64,000 bases of DNA from Candidatus Poribacteria bacterium (GTDB lineage Bacteria > Poribacteria > WGA-4E > WGA-3G). The stretch lies in the NCBI GenBank assembly GCA_965197475.1, contig CBDANF010000003.1, positions 352,001 to 416,000 on the forward strand, given 5' to 3'. Shown in pieces: positions 19,457 through 29,262 of the stretch. Position 1 is the stretch's first letter. Every line of letters starts with the position of its first letter. Position numbers and translations under genes: made by a program. The notes under the pieces were generated by a model. The model was given only the letters and a program-made list of their open reading frames with translations. It was not told where the DNA came from and made no database searches.

Positions 19457-20476
19457 ATGCAAATTTGGGGAATACGTCTATTTTTTATATTGGCAAGTGC
19501 TGTCGCCTGCTATTTTCCAGACACTAACTTTTCACACGCTTTTATTGGATTTGCTGTGGCATGTATCCTCGTAGCGGGTGAAATATCCCTTCATGTCCCC
19601 CCCACTCGTAGGATCGTTGCAAGTGGTGTAGGACTAGCACTCGGGTTGTTGATCTCTCAAGGGGTACTCCAATTCCTGAATCAATCCAACTCAATTTTTA
19701 ATCAATACATCGCTCTAAGTATTGTCGTGATCCTCGGATGTGGTTATATTGGAATGGTCTGTGGTTACTACATTTCTGAAAGTTTACCCGTCGTGAAATT
19801 ACTAAATTCGTATCACTATACGCAAACGGGATCACCATTTGCGACAAACGATTCTAATGGATTCAAAATTTTAGATACAAGTGTTATTATTGATGGGCGT
19901 ATCCTTGAAATCTGCGAGACACAATTTATTGACGGAACGTTGTTAATTCCAAGGTTTGTTTTAAATGAATTGCAACATATAGCGGATTCAACCGACTTAC
20001 TTCGTAGAAATAAGGGACGGCGCGGTTTTGATATTCTACGTTCGCTCCAAAATAGTCCGTCTATTGCCGTTGAAATTATAGAAGAAGATGTGACACACCT
20101 TACTGAGGTAGACGCTAAACTTGTACATCTCGCGAGAAAATATTTCGCAAAAATAATTACCAATGATTTGAATCTAAATAAAGTCGCAGAATTACAGGGT
20201 GTCAGGGTACTAAATATCAACGAATTAGCAAATGCTATCCGTCCAATTGTAGTTGCCGGAGAGATTATTCAGGTACATCTGCAGAAAGTCGGCAAAGAAC
20301 CGAATCAGGGCGTAGGTTATCTTGATGATGGAACAATGGTTATCGTTGAAGATGGCAAATCGCATATCGGGCAGACGCTTGACGTTGTTGTTACACAGAT
20401 GTTACGAACCAGTACTGGACAGATGATTTTTGCACGAAATGCGGATGAATCTCTACCTGAGAAAGGTTTTCGATGA
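19457..20476 (+). CDS. Membrane PIN/TRAM domain protein (YacL-like)
   Basis: TM helices, LDTSVIIDGRI, RGRRG-like motif, ITND.NLNKVA, GKEPNQGVGYLDDGTMV. Confidence 0.9.
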   Translation: MQIWGIRLFFILASAVACYFPDTNFSHAFIGFAVACILVAGEISLHVPPTRRIVASGVGLALGLLISQGVLQFLNQSNSIFNQYIALSIVVILGCGYIGMVCGYYISESLPVVKLLNSYHYTQTGSPFATNDSNGFKILDTSVIIDGRILEICETQFIDGTLLIPRFVLNELQHIADSTDLLRRNKGRRGFDILRSLQNSPSIAVEIIEEDVTHLTEVDAKLVHLARKYFAKIITNDLNLNKVAELQGVRVLNINELANAIRPIVVAGEIIQVHLQKVGKEPNQGVGYLDDGTMVIVEDGKSHIGQTLDVVVTQMLRTSTGQMIFARNADESLPEKGFR

Positions 20477-20495
20477 GATGGCCAGATGGTCGCAG

Positions 20496-21191
20496 ATGAA
20501 CAGCAAAATATCTGTCCTTATTCCTGCTGCTGGGCACGGCAGACGGATGGAAACATCAGTTAAAAAGCCGTATTTAGTGTTAGGCGATAAGCCAATTTTA
20601 TCGCATACAATAGATCGGTTTGAACAAAATAGTGTTATTGACGAAATTTTTGTGATTGTGGACGAATCAGATTTCATGGTGTGCCGCGAAAATGTTCTCA
20701 CACCTTTTCGCTTTCGGAAGGTGCGCGAATTGGTACCCGGCGGTGAAACACGGCAGATTTCTGTGTTCAACGGGCTCCGCGCTCTTACAGAAAATGTTGA
20801 TTTTGTCGTTGTCCATGATGGTGTGCGCCCGTTTATAGATGATAAAATTATTTTCGAATGTCTTGAAGCAGCAGCAGAATGCGGTGCTGCTGTCTCTGCT
20901 GTACCAGTGAAAGAGACTATTAAAGTGGCAAATGAAGAACTTTTCATTGATCATACGCCAAAACGGGATCGGTTATGGCGTGTCCAAACACCACAAGTCT
21001 TTCGTAAATCACTATTAGTAGCAGCACACAAAAAGGCAATGTCGGGTGGAATTGACGCACCGGATGACGCTGCATTGGTCGAAAAACTCGGTTCTCCTGT
21101 AAAATTGGTCATGGGTAGTTACAAAAATGTAAAACTAACAACTCCAGAGGATTTGCGAGTTGCTGAAACTTTGCTAAACGATGAGATGTAA
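20496..21191 (+). CDS. ispD: 2-C-methyl-D-erythritol 4-phosphate cytidylyltransferase
   Basis: IPAAGHGRRM, GGETRQ.SV, VHDGVRPF, VQTPQVF; the start could be 20478. Confidence 0.95.
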   Translation: MNSKISVLIPAAGHGRRMETSVKKPYLVLGDKPILSHTIDRFEQNSVIDEIFVIVDESDFMVCRENVLTPFRFRKVRELVPGGETRQISVFNGLRALTENVDFVVVHDGVRPFIDDKIIFECLEAAAECGAAVSAVPVKETIKVANEELFIDHTPKRDRLWRVQTPQVFRKSLLVAAHKKAMSGGIDAPDDAALVEKLGSPVKLVMGSYKNVKLTTPEDLRVAETLLNDEM

Positions 21192-21280
21192 TACCAAATT
21201 AACTTGATCCCACTCGGTAGGCGCGCTTTGTAAGCGCGCTGTCTGCCCAGAAAAATAAGACTAATCCTGTTAATTTGGTA
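21192..21280. mobile_element. MITE with 12-bp TIRs TACCAAATTAAC; carries a GTAG REP-like palindrome
   Basis: Perfect TIRs; internal GGTAGGCGCGCTTTGTAAGCGCGC; sister copy at 60560-60647. Confidence 0.7.
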
Positions 21281-21379
21281 TAAGTTATAATATCTGAAGC
21301 AAGACTCAGAAAGATTTTTCGGAGATAGCAGTTCTTGAGGATACGAGTTCTAATTTGAATCAAAGAATTCGGAGAAAAG

Positions 21380-21853
21380 ATGCGGATAGGGATCGGTTAC
21401 GACGTTCATAGACTTACTGAGAATCGAAAATTAATTTTGGGCGGAGTAGAAATCCCTTCCCATTTGGGATTGTTGGGACATTCAGATGCAGATGTGTTGA
21501 CCCACGCGATCTGTGATGCGATTTTAGGCGCAGCAGCACTGGGGGATATCGGCACACACTTTCCAGATACGGACGAAAGTTATGCCGGAATGGACAGTCA
21601 ATTTTTCCTTCGTACTATCGCAGCGAAGGTTAGAGAACAGGATTACGCAATTGAAAATGTTGACAGCACAGTTGTTGCCCAACAACCGAAATTGGCACCT
21701 TATATCTTACAGATGCGTAGCGTACTCGCAAAAACATTAGATATTTCAGAAACACAGGTGAGTGTTAAAGCCACAACCGCAGAGGGTTTAGGTATTATCG
21801 GCACAAGAAAGGCAATAGTCGCGCAAGCTATTGCGTGCCTCATCAAAACCTAA
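21380..21853 (+). CDS. ispF: 2-C-methyl-D-erythritol 2,4-cyclodiphosphate synthase
   Basis: RIGIGYDVH, GHSDADV..HA..DA.LGA, KATT.EGLG. Confidence 0.97.
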   Translation: MRIGIGYDVHRLTENRKLILGGVEIPSHLGLLGHSDADVLTHAICDAILGAAALGDIGTHFPDTDESYAGMDSQFFLRTIAAKVREQDYAIENVDSTVVAQQPKLAPYILQMRSVLAKTLDISETQVSVKATTAEGLGIIGTRKAIVAQAIACLIKT

Positions 21854-21937
21854 TTCCGTAGTGTTGTAAACATGAATCTCTGTGTATTCGTAGTAGGGCA
21901 TTTTATTGCGCGTTCACCAAAAAACAAAGGAATAGGA

Positions 21938-23392
21938 ATGGGGTTAAAGATATATAATTCCCTTAGTCGACAACTTGAGGAGTTTTTACCACTGAAGGAA
22001 GGGCATGTCTCAATGTACAGTTGTGGACCCACCGTCTACGACTATATTCACATCGGCAATGCCCGCACGGCACTCGTCACTGATATTATACGGCGGTATC
22101 TTGCATACAAAGGGTATGTCGTCAAATTAGTCCAAAATCTCACAGATATTGATGACAAAATTATCGCTCGTGCACAAATACTTGGAACCAGTCCGAATCA
22201 GCTTGCATATACGAATGGTGAGGCATACTTTGAGGACACACAACGACTCGGGATTCAACCGGCAGATGTGCATCCCAAGGCAACTGAACACATTCCAGAG
22301 ATGATTGATCTAATTCAAACACTCATTGATAAAGGTGCTGCTTACGTTGTTGATGGGAGTGTGTATTATCGCGTCAATTCCTTTAATGGATACGGTAAAT
22401 TGTCACGACGAAAGCCTGAAGATTTGTTAGCGGGCGCGCGCGTTGAAGTTGATGAACGCAAGGAAGACCCGCGCGATTTTGACATGTGGAAGGCGGCGAA
22501 ACCGGGTGAACCTTATTGGGATAGTCCTTGGGGACATGGGAGGCCTGGGTGGCACATTGAATGTTCATCTATGGCAATGAAACACCTCGGCGAAACGATT
22601 GATATTCATGCAGGTGGTGAAGACCTCCTGTTTCCACATCACGAAAACGAAATTGCACAGAGTGAGTTGGCAACAGGCAACCCCTTTGCCCGTTACTGGA
22701 TTCATGTTGCTTTTCTGAAAATAGATGGAAAGCGAATGGGAAAATCTGAACAAAACTTTATTTTTTTACGGGACGCATTAGATAGATATTCTGCAGAGGT
22801 AATCCGTCATTTCTTGATTTCTGCTCATTACCGACATCCGCTTGATTACAGTTTGGATAGTTTGCAAACATCCGAATCCGCACTCAAACGTTTAAAAAAC
22901 TGTTTAGAAGCATTGAAAAAATATGAAGATACACCCGAAATTATTGAGGGACAAAATTCAACATCATTGAACGTTTCCGATGGAGACACTACGCTACTGT
23001 CAGCCGTAGAAACCATGCAGTCGCAATTTTCCAATGCAATGGATACCGACTTCAATACAGCACAAGCAGTAGGCGCAATTTTCACATTTGTCAGTCAAGT
23101 CAATAGGTCTCTCGGAACTTCTGCTGATGTATCTAACCAAACTTTCGCGCGAGCCTACAAGGCTTTAATTGAAACCTGTCAAGTGCTTGGAATCTATACG
23201 ACAAACGAACAGGATTCTGGGGACACCTTTGAATATCTCAATCCACTGCTTGAACTTCTATTAGAGATAAGACAAGACGCTCGTAACCAGAAAGATTGGA
23301 ATACATCCGATAAGATTCGCGATCGACTAAAAGAACTTAACATTGAAATCCAGGACACCCATGAGGGATCTACTTGGAAATTTCTACAGTAA
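21938..23392 (+). CDS. cysS: Cysteine--tRNA ligase
   Basis: CGPTVYDYIHIGNAR, GRPGWHIECS, HHENEIAQ, RMGKS. Confidence 0.97.
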   Translation: MGLKIYNSLSRQLEEFLPLKEGHVSMYSCGPTVYDYIHIGNARTALVTDIIRRYLAYKGYVVKLVQNLTDIDDKIIARAQILGTSPNQLAYTNGEAYFEDTQRLGIQPADVHPKATEHIPEMIDLIQTLIDKGAAYVVDGSVYYRVNSFNGYGKLSRRKPEDLLAGARVEVDERKEDPRDFDMWKAAKPGEPYWDSPWGHGRPGWHIECSSMAMKHLGETIDIHAGGEDLLFPHHENEIAQSELATGNPFARYWIHVAFLKIDGKRMGKSEQNFIFLRDALDRYSAEVIRHFLISAHYRHPLDYSLDSLQTSESALKRLKNCLEALKKYEDTPEIIEGQNSTSLNVSDGDTTLLSAVETMQSQFSNAMDTDFNTAQAVGAIFTFVSQVNRSLGTSADVSNQTFARAYKALIETCQVLGIYTTNEQDSGDTFEYLNPLLELLLEIRQDARNQKDWNTSDKIRDRLKELNIEIQDTHEGSTWKFLQ

Positions 23393-23717
23393 CTATGAGA
23401 CCTGGCCATTTTATATTTATCTGTGTCGTTAAAAATTTTACGAAGGCTTTTGATTCGGTGAATTGCTTGGGAAATACGCATTGCAGCGGCACAAACAGGG
23501 AATTGGCAATCCTTCCTGAGGGCGAAATATGCTGTCAGGTGTTCAAAGCTAAAAAAAGTCGTCAATATTACAGAAAAGTGGTATAATAATTATGGAGGAT
23601 GCCTTTAAGTTTCGGTTTGCTTCATAGTAAGCATAAAAGTTCTCCTTTTGTCACACACTATTTCTTACATCAAATTCACGTTGTGTATGATAATGATACA
23701 TTAACAAATCAACTTAT

Positions 23718-24746
23718 GTGAGGGAACCTATGAAAACCAAAAAATACACTTTAAATGCCAATGGCGTGAAAACAGTCCCATTTTCACGGCTTATACCAGA
23801 ACTGCTTTTAATTCTCATCGTGGGTTGTTTGTTCTTCAGTAGTTGCACCGCCCTACAGGAAGCACAACAACGTAGAGAAAAGCGCATGTTAGAAAAAAGG
23901 GACGATAAGTATTTAACACTTGCTCCATCTAAGGGAGAGACCAAAGTTGACGAAGATGGACGAAAAGCAGAAAGCGACCACTACACGCTTACACTCAATG
24001 AGAAATTGAATAGTCACGAAGATTTTGACGAGACAACGGAACGGAATGAATTTTTGCAAGGTGCGCTTTCGTATATGGAAAGTCTCTACAATGAATTGCA
24101 TGAGCGTTTCGGCTTTGAACCCGAATATAAAATTCACGTGACGATATATAAGAACTATATGGGAAACACACAAGCAGATACTCAAAAGCAATACATTCAC
24201 TCAAATCAAGGGAAAACTCTTAAAAGTATTAAGATGAATTTTCCATTGTCAATGTATCAAAATGTCGGTGTTCGGGCACACGAGTTGACGCATGCTTTTA
24301 CGTCTCCCTATTTTCTCCCAACTTGGTTTGACGAAGGCATCGCTGTGATGATTCAAACTGAGTATGGAAAAAGCGGCTCACATCCCAAGTTTGATAGTCT
24401 TGAAAGAAATTTGAAACGTAATTTGGACGGTGTTAATAGTCTTGAAGACTGGGAATCAGGCGGGAGTCCACAATTGACTCGGTGGCGATACAGTTACGCT
24501 TACACGATTATCGCGGAGCTCCAAAAAATATATGGTGCGGATTTCTATATCAAAGCCTTCCGGCTGATGGAGGCAGATCAGTTGCACAACAAATTGCCCA
24601 GTAGGATGTCCACGAGTTTTCTGATCTATTATCTCGACCAAGCTACCGAATCAGACTTGGTGTCTTTTTTTCAAGGTCTCTACTTTAACGTTCGTAGACT
24701 GACAAAAGCGGATATCCTTCAGAATATCGAACAGACGAATCAATAA
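23718..24746 (+). CDS. Lipoprotein with zinc metallopeptidase (peptidase MA-like) motif
   Basis: Lipobox FFSSC; HELTH...PTWFDEGIA (HExxH plus downstream EG). Confidence 0.7.
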   Translation: MREPMKTKKYTLNANGVKTVPFSRLIPELLLILIVGCLFFSSCTALQEAQQRREKRMLEKRDDKYLTLAPSKGETKVDEDGRKAESDHYTLTLNEKLNSHEDFDETTERNEFLQGALSYMESLYNELHERFGFEPEYKIHVTIYKNYMGNTQADTQKQYIHSNQGKTLKSIKMNFPLSMYQNVGVRAHELTHAFTSPYFLPTWFDEGIAVMIQTEYGKSGSHPKFDSLERNLKRNLDGVNSLEDWESGGSPQLTRWRYSYAYTIIAELQKIYGADFYIKAFRLMEADQLHNKLPSRMSTSFLIYYLDQATESDLVSFFQGLYFNVRRLTKADILQNIEQTNQ

Positions 24747-24839
24747 AGCTTTGTAATTTGTGTGAAGATTATCTATAATTGTCTATACACTATTCTGCTT
24801 GAGAAGATTAGTATCACTTCCTAAAAAGGGGGTAAAATA

Positions 24840-25409
24840 ATGATTTATCGATTCACCACATTCTTTTCACTGCTCTGTCTTTCTGTCCTGCTGATAGGGT
24901 GTAGTACGTTCTTTTCTGTGCAGGAGTGGAGCGACAACTACGCACTTATGGATGGGGCACAATCGACGAGTCCGCAAATGATAGATGGGAAACTTGAGAC
25001 CATAGGTGAAACAACTTTCTCCGGGAAAACCAAGAGAAAACTCCTACACGGTGGGTCTGAAGTCGTTATTACGTTACCCGGAAAGAAAAGAATCCGTAGG
25101 ATTGTGCTTCACGCGAATAACTTAAAACAGTTTAACATCTATGCGGATAGAGAGGGAGAAAAAACAGCTGGATCGGATTGGCAATTGATTAAAGAGGTGC
25201 AAAGTGTCAAAACCGATCCGATTGATCTTACTGTTATGATTCCGTTTGCCACAGATCGGATCCAAATAAGGGTGTTAAAGACCACGGAAGATGCCCAAAT
25301 GGCGCGAGAAAAAAACCAAAGATTGGGCGGACTTACCTTTGTCGGGACAATCGGGGCACCAGGTAAAATCCGAGAACTTGAACTCTACGGCTACAAGACC
25401 TCTGAATAG
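24840..25409 (+). CDS. Lipoprotein with putative discoidin/F5-8-like beta-sandwich; C-terminally truncated duplicate
   Basis: Lipobox LIGC; close paralog of 25585-26220; TAG where the paralog has CAG. Confidence 0.7.
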   Translation: MIYRFTTFFSLLCLSVLLIGCSTFFSVQEWSDNYALMDGAQSTSPQMIDGKLETIGETTFSGKTKRKLLHGGSEVVITLPGKKRIRRIVLHANNLKQFNIYADREGEKTAGSDWQLIKEVQSVKTDPIDLTVMIPFATDRIQIRVLKTTEDAQMAREKNQRLGGLTFVGTIGAPGKIRELELYGYKTSE

Positions 25410-25584
25410 GAAAGGGAAGAAGGTACCGCGATCTCCGTAGACTGGCAAAAGCGGAGATACTTCAAAATATCAAACAGATAAACCAATAAAGTTTTGTAAT
25501 TTATGTCAAAATTATGTGTAATTGTCTATGCGCTATTCTTCTTGAGAAGATTAGCATCACTTCCTAAAATAAGGAGTAAAATAA

Positions 25585-26220
25585 ATGATTTATCGATTCA
25601 CCCCATTCTTTTCTCTACTCTGTCTTTCTGTCCTGTTTGTAGGGTGTAGCGCACTCTTTTCTGTGCAGGAGTGGAGCGACAACTACGCGCTTATGGATGG
25701 GGCACGAGCGACAAGCCCGCAAATGATTGATGGAAAACTTGAGACCATAGGAGAAACGATTTTCTCTGGGGAAGCCAATAGAAGACTCGTACGTGGCGGT
25801 TCTGAAGTTGTTGTTACGTTACCCGAAAAGAAAAAGATCCATAGGATTGTGCTTCATTCGGATAACTTAAAACATATTATTATCTATGCGGATAAAGGGG
25901 GAGGAATAATAGCGGGCTCAGATTGGCAATTTGTTAAAGAGTTGCAAAGTATCAAAACCAATCCGGTTGATCTAAAGTTTTCGATACCGCTCCACACAGA
26001 TCGCATACGAATACGGGTATTAAAAACCACGCAAGATGCCCAAATGGCGCGAGAAAAAAACCAAAGATTGGGCGGAATTACCTTCGTCGGCACCTCAGGT
26101 GCCCCTGGTAAAATTCGAGAACTTGAACTCTACGGTTACAAGACTTCTGAACAGATGGAGGAGGATGAAGTTATTGATGATCGTGAAAAAGAACTTGATG
26201 ATCTACTTGACTTAGAGTAA
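25585..26220 (+). CDS. Lipoprotein with putative discoidin/F5-8-like beta-sandwich
   Basis: Lipobox FVGC; WSDNYAL..MIDG..ET..IRELELYG pattern; acidic tail. Confidence 0.7.
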   Translation: MIYRFTPFFSLLCLSVLFVGCSALFSVQEWSDNYALMDGARATSPQMIDGKLETIGETIFSGEANRRLVRGGSEVVVTLPEKKKIHRIVLHSDNLKHIIIYADKGGGIIAGSDWQFVKELQSIKTNPVDLKFSIPLHTDRIRIRVLKTTQDAQMAREKNQRLGGITFVGTSGAPGKIRELELYGYKTSEQMEEDEVIDDREKELDDLLDLE

Positions 26221-26315
26221 CATAAATTTGGAGTTGAGGTGGTTGTTGCTAAAACGCCGCCTCAACTTTATACTTTCCGGGTTGACATCTGTTCCAAGCG
26301 ACAAGGAGGCAATAT

Positions 26316-26903
26316 ATGCGTTTTGGATTATTGGTCATAATTTTTTGTGGAGTGCTTGGTGTGTCAGGATGTTTTCTCTCATCAACCCCATCGCTCAACT
26401 GGAGTGAAAACATTGCTATTAAAGCTGCGAGCACTGATCCGAAGATTAATGATGACAATATATATACCGAAGGACAAACCTCTCCTCTGGTTGTAAAGAA
26501 AGCAGATATAACTTTAGAAGAGGAATCCGAGAAGTTTACCGAGGCGGTTTTAATCTGGAATGTCCCTCAGACAATCCAACACATCGTGGTTAAGGCAAAA
26601 GAAGGACAATTAGAATTCTTCCAGATGCAATATATGGATGAGGATGAGGAGTGGATCACAGTTAGAGAAGCGAGAGACAACATACGGCCTGTTTATAAAT
26701 TTACCCTCAGAGATCCAATCGTAACCACGAAATTTCGTTTGAAAGTTCCGCGCAGATGGGATTCGAAATACGTTGGAGGTCAAATGCGTGCAACACGAAG
26801 TGAAACTGGTGCCCCAACTTCCACAGAGTTCAGGAATATACAGGAGATAGAGATCTATTACGCACTTCCAACACCAGATGCCGAAGCCTCACCAATGCAG
26901 TGA
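26316..26903 (+). CDS. Lipoprotein, distant paralog of the two preceding genes
   Basis: Lipobox VSGC; WSENIA..INDDN..T..IQEIEIY; AGGAGG RBS. Confidence 0.65.
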   Translation: MRFGLLVIIFCGVLGVSGCFLSSTPSLNWSENIAIKAASTDPKINDDNIYTEGQTSPLVVKKADITLEEESEKFTEAVLIWNVPQTIQHIVVKAKEGQLEFFQMQYMDEDEEWITVREARDNIRPVYKFTLRDPIVTTKFRLKVPRRWDSKYVGGQMRATRSETGAPTSTEFRNIQEIEIYYALPTPDAEASPMQ

Positions 26904-26992
26904 ATACAGCAGACACTCGGTTCGCTCTGCTAAAGAAATGTGTTATTGCGCAAAACATATATACTGCGGTTTTCAGGAGAATTCTTTTTGCA

Positions 26993-28231
26993 ATGTTATC
27001 TCAGGAAACAACAAATCTTCTCCATCTCAGCCTAATCCAAGGCATAGGTCCGAAAACCGCTCAATTTTTGATCGAAATTTTTGGCAGTGCGGAAAAAGTG
27101 CTAAATGCCACCCCGCAAGAACTACAAAAAATCGAGGAACTTTCGCCATCGGCACACGAACGTTTGATCCAAAAACACCTCGGATGTCCGTTAGCGCGCG
27201 AACTGGAATTAATACATGAATATGGATGCCAGATTATAACGTTATACGACACTGCATACCCACCTTTGTTGAAGGAAATTGACACCCCTCCTCTTCTACT
27301 TTATATCAGAGGCGAGTTGAAACCGGAAGATGCGCTTAATGTTGCGCTCGTCGGTTCCCGACAAGCAAAAGATTATGGAAGACGGGTCAGTTACCAACTT
27401 AGCTACCAACTTGCACAACGCGGTCTGACAGTGACAAGCGGGTTCGCGAAGGGAATAGATACCTGCGCACATCGAGGTGCGCTTGAGGCGGGTGGCAGAA
27501 CAATTGCTGTAATGGGGAACGGTCTCAGTCTAATCTATCCGGCAGGGAATAGTGAATTGGCAGAAAAAATTGCAGAGTCCGGCGCGTTAATATCCGAGTT
27601 CCCAATGGGTATGAAACCGAGAGGTGAAAACTTCCCAAGACGTAATCGCATCATTAGTGGATTAACACTCGGAACCGTTGTGGTAGAGGCATCAAATCGG
27701 AGCGGGGCACTTATTACCGCCCGACTCGCAAGCGATCAAGGCAGAGAGGTGTTTGCTGTTCCTGGAGAAATTTTCTCTGAGTTATCAACTGGAACTCATA
27801 GATTGATTGATGACGGTGCTAAACTTATCAGCACCGTGGATGACTTGTTAGAAGCATTACCGCAACATGCCCTCCGTCAAATATCTGCTCTTACACCACC
27901 CACCGTGCAGGATAACGGCATAGAAATTCCTCAAATACCATCTGTTGCAAAAAGTGAAGATAAGCATATAAGTAAGCCTCTTTCCAAAACGTCTGCTGCG
28001 GTAGACATTGAAGCTGCCCCTATAATTCCGCCACCAGAACTAACAACTGATGAAAAAACGGTGTTCAATGCAATTGAAACACCCTCGTCACATATTGATA
28101 CTATCGTTCGGGCAACGCAGTTATCAATTAGTCAAGTTTCAAGTGTCCTCTTGATGCTGGAACTCAAAGGTGCAATTCAGCAGTTGCCCGGCAAACAGTT
28201 CACCAAACTATTTGAGAGGGTTATTTTGTGA
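26993..28231 (+). CDS. dprA: DNA-processing protein DprA
   Basis: YPPLLKEI..PP, ALVGSR, SGFAKGIDT.AH, FPRRNRIISG, C-terminal wHTH LLMLELKG. Confidence 0.95.
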   Translation: MLSQETTNLLHLSLIQGIGPKTAQFLIEIFGSAEKVLNATPQELQKIEELSPSAHERLIQKHLGCPLARELELIHEYGCQIITLYDTAYPPLLKEIDTPPLLLYIRGELKPEDALNVALVGSRQAKDYGRRVSYQLSYQLAQRGLTVTSGFAKGIDTCAHRGALEAGGRTIAVMGNGLSLIYPAGNSELAEKIAESGALISEFPMGMKPRGENFPRRNRIISGLTLGTVVVEASNRSGALITARLASDQGREVFAVPGEIFSELSTGTHRLIDDGAKLISTVDDLLEALPQHALRQISALTPPTVQDNGIEIPQIPSVAKSEDKHISKPLSKTSAAVDIEAAPIIPPPELTTDEKTVFNAIETPSSHIDTIVRATQLSISQVSSVLLMLELKGAIQQLPGKQFTKLFERVIL

Positions 28232-29199
28232 ATTCAACAGAATTAGATTTTGAAAAACCTCTAATTGAATTAGAACGCCATCTCACACAATTGGATACTT
28301 TCACGGAAGAACATCCAGACTTAGATCTCACAGAGGGTATTGCCGCACTGAAACAGAATGCCGACACGCTTACAAAGCAGACCTTCCAAAAACTGAGTCG
28401 ATGGGATAAAGTACGATTAGCCCGGCATCCGCAACGCCCACAATCCTCCCTATATATCAACGCACTTCTTGATGACTTTGTTGAGCTCCGCAGTGATAAG
28501 TTGTACGGCGACGACCGCGCACTTATCGGTGGCTTCGCATGGTTTGATGAACAACCCATCGTCTACCTTGCACAGCAGAAAGGCACAAATCTTGAAGAAC
28601 GACAGGAGATGAACTTTGGGTATACACACCCTGAAGGGTACCGAAAAGCAAGACGTTTGATGCAGTTAGCAAACAAATTCAACCGTCCTTTAGTCTGCTT
28701 TGTTGATACACCGGGGGCACATTTTGATCTCCGTTCTGAGGAATATGGACAAGCGACAGCAATCGCTGAGAATCTTGCTGAGATGATGCAGATGCGTGTT
28801 CCGATCCTCGTCATCATTATCGGCGAAGGTGGAAGCGGTGGCGCATTGGCAATAGCACTCGGAAATCGCGTATTGATGATGGAATATGCCATCTACTGTG
28901 TCGCACCTCCCGAAGCGTGTAGTGGTATCGTTTGGAAAGACAAAGGCGAACACGCTCCTGAAGCAACAGAAGGTTATAAACCCACTGCTCCAGACCTGCT
29001 TAAATTAGGCATCATTGATCAAATTATTCGAGAACCCCTCGGAGGTGCACACAGAGATGCGGAAGCTGCTGTTCGCAGCGTCAAACGCGCAATTCGAAAG
29101 CATCTCACTGAATTGCTGCAGATGACTGATAAACAACTAATTCAACAAAGATATGAACGCTATCGAAATCTCGGACTTTATGGAGAAGATGATATTTAA
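28228..29199 (+). CDS. accA: Acetyl-CoA carboxylase carboxyltransferase alpha subunit
   Basis: LDFEKP, ARHPQRP, PEGYRKA, DTPGA, GEGGSGGALA, EPLGGAHR. Confidence 0.96.
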   Translation: MNSTELDFEKPLIELERHLTQLDTFTEEHPDLDLTEGIAALKQNADTLTKQTFQKLSRWDKVRLARHPQRPQSSLYINALLDDFVELRSDKLYGDDRALIGGFAWFDEQPIVYLAQQKGTNLEERQEMNFGYTHPEGYRKARRLMQLANKFNRPLVCFVDTPGAHFDLRSEEYGQATAIAENLAEMMQMRVPILVIIIGEGGSGGALAIALGNRVLMMEYAIYCVAPPEACSGIVWKDKGEHAPEATEGYKPTAPDLLKLGIIDQIIREPLGGAHRDAEAAVRSVKRAIRKHLTELLQMTDKQLIQQRYERYRNLGLYGEDDI

Positions 29200-29262
29200 T
29201 TCCATTGAAATGAAACCGATACTACAAAAAATGAATAATCGTGTCCGTCTCCACAAACACAC

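Noticed and set aside
23374-23586. 70-aa ORF after cysS
   Set aside because: It overlaps the cysS end and has no RBS or recognisable family, so it cannot be supported.
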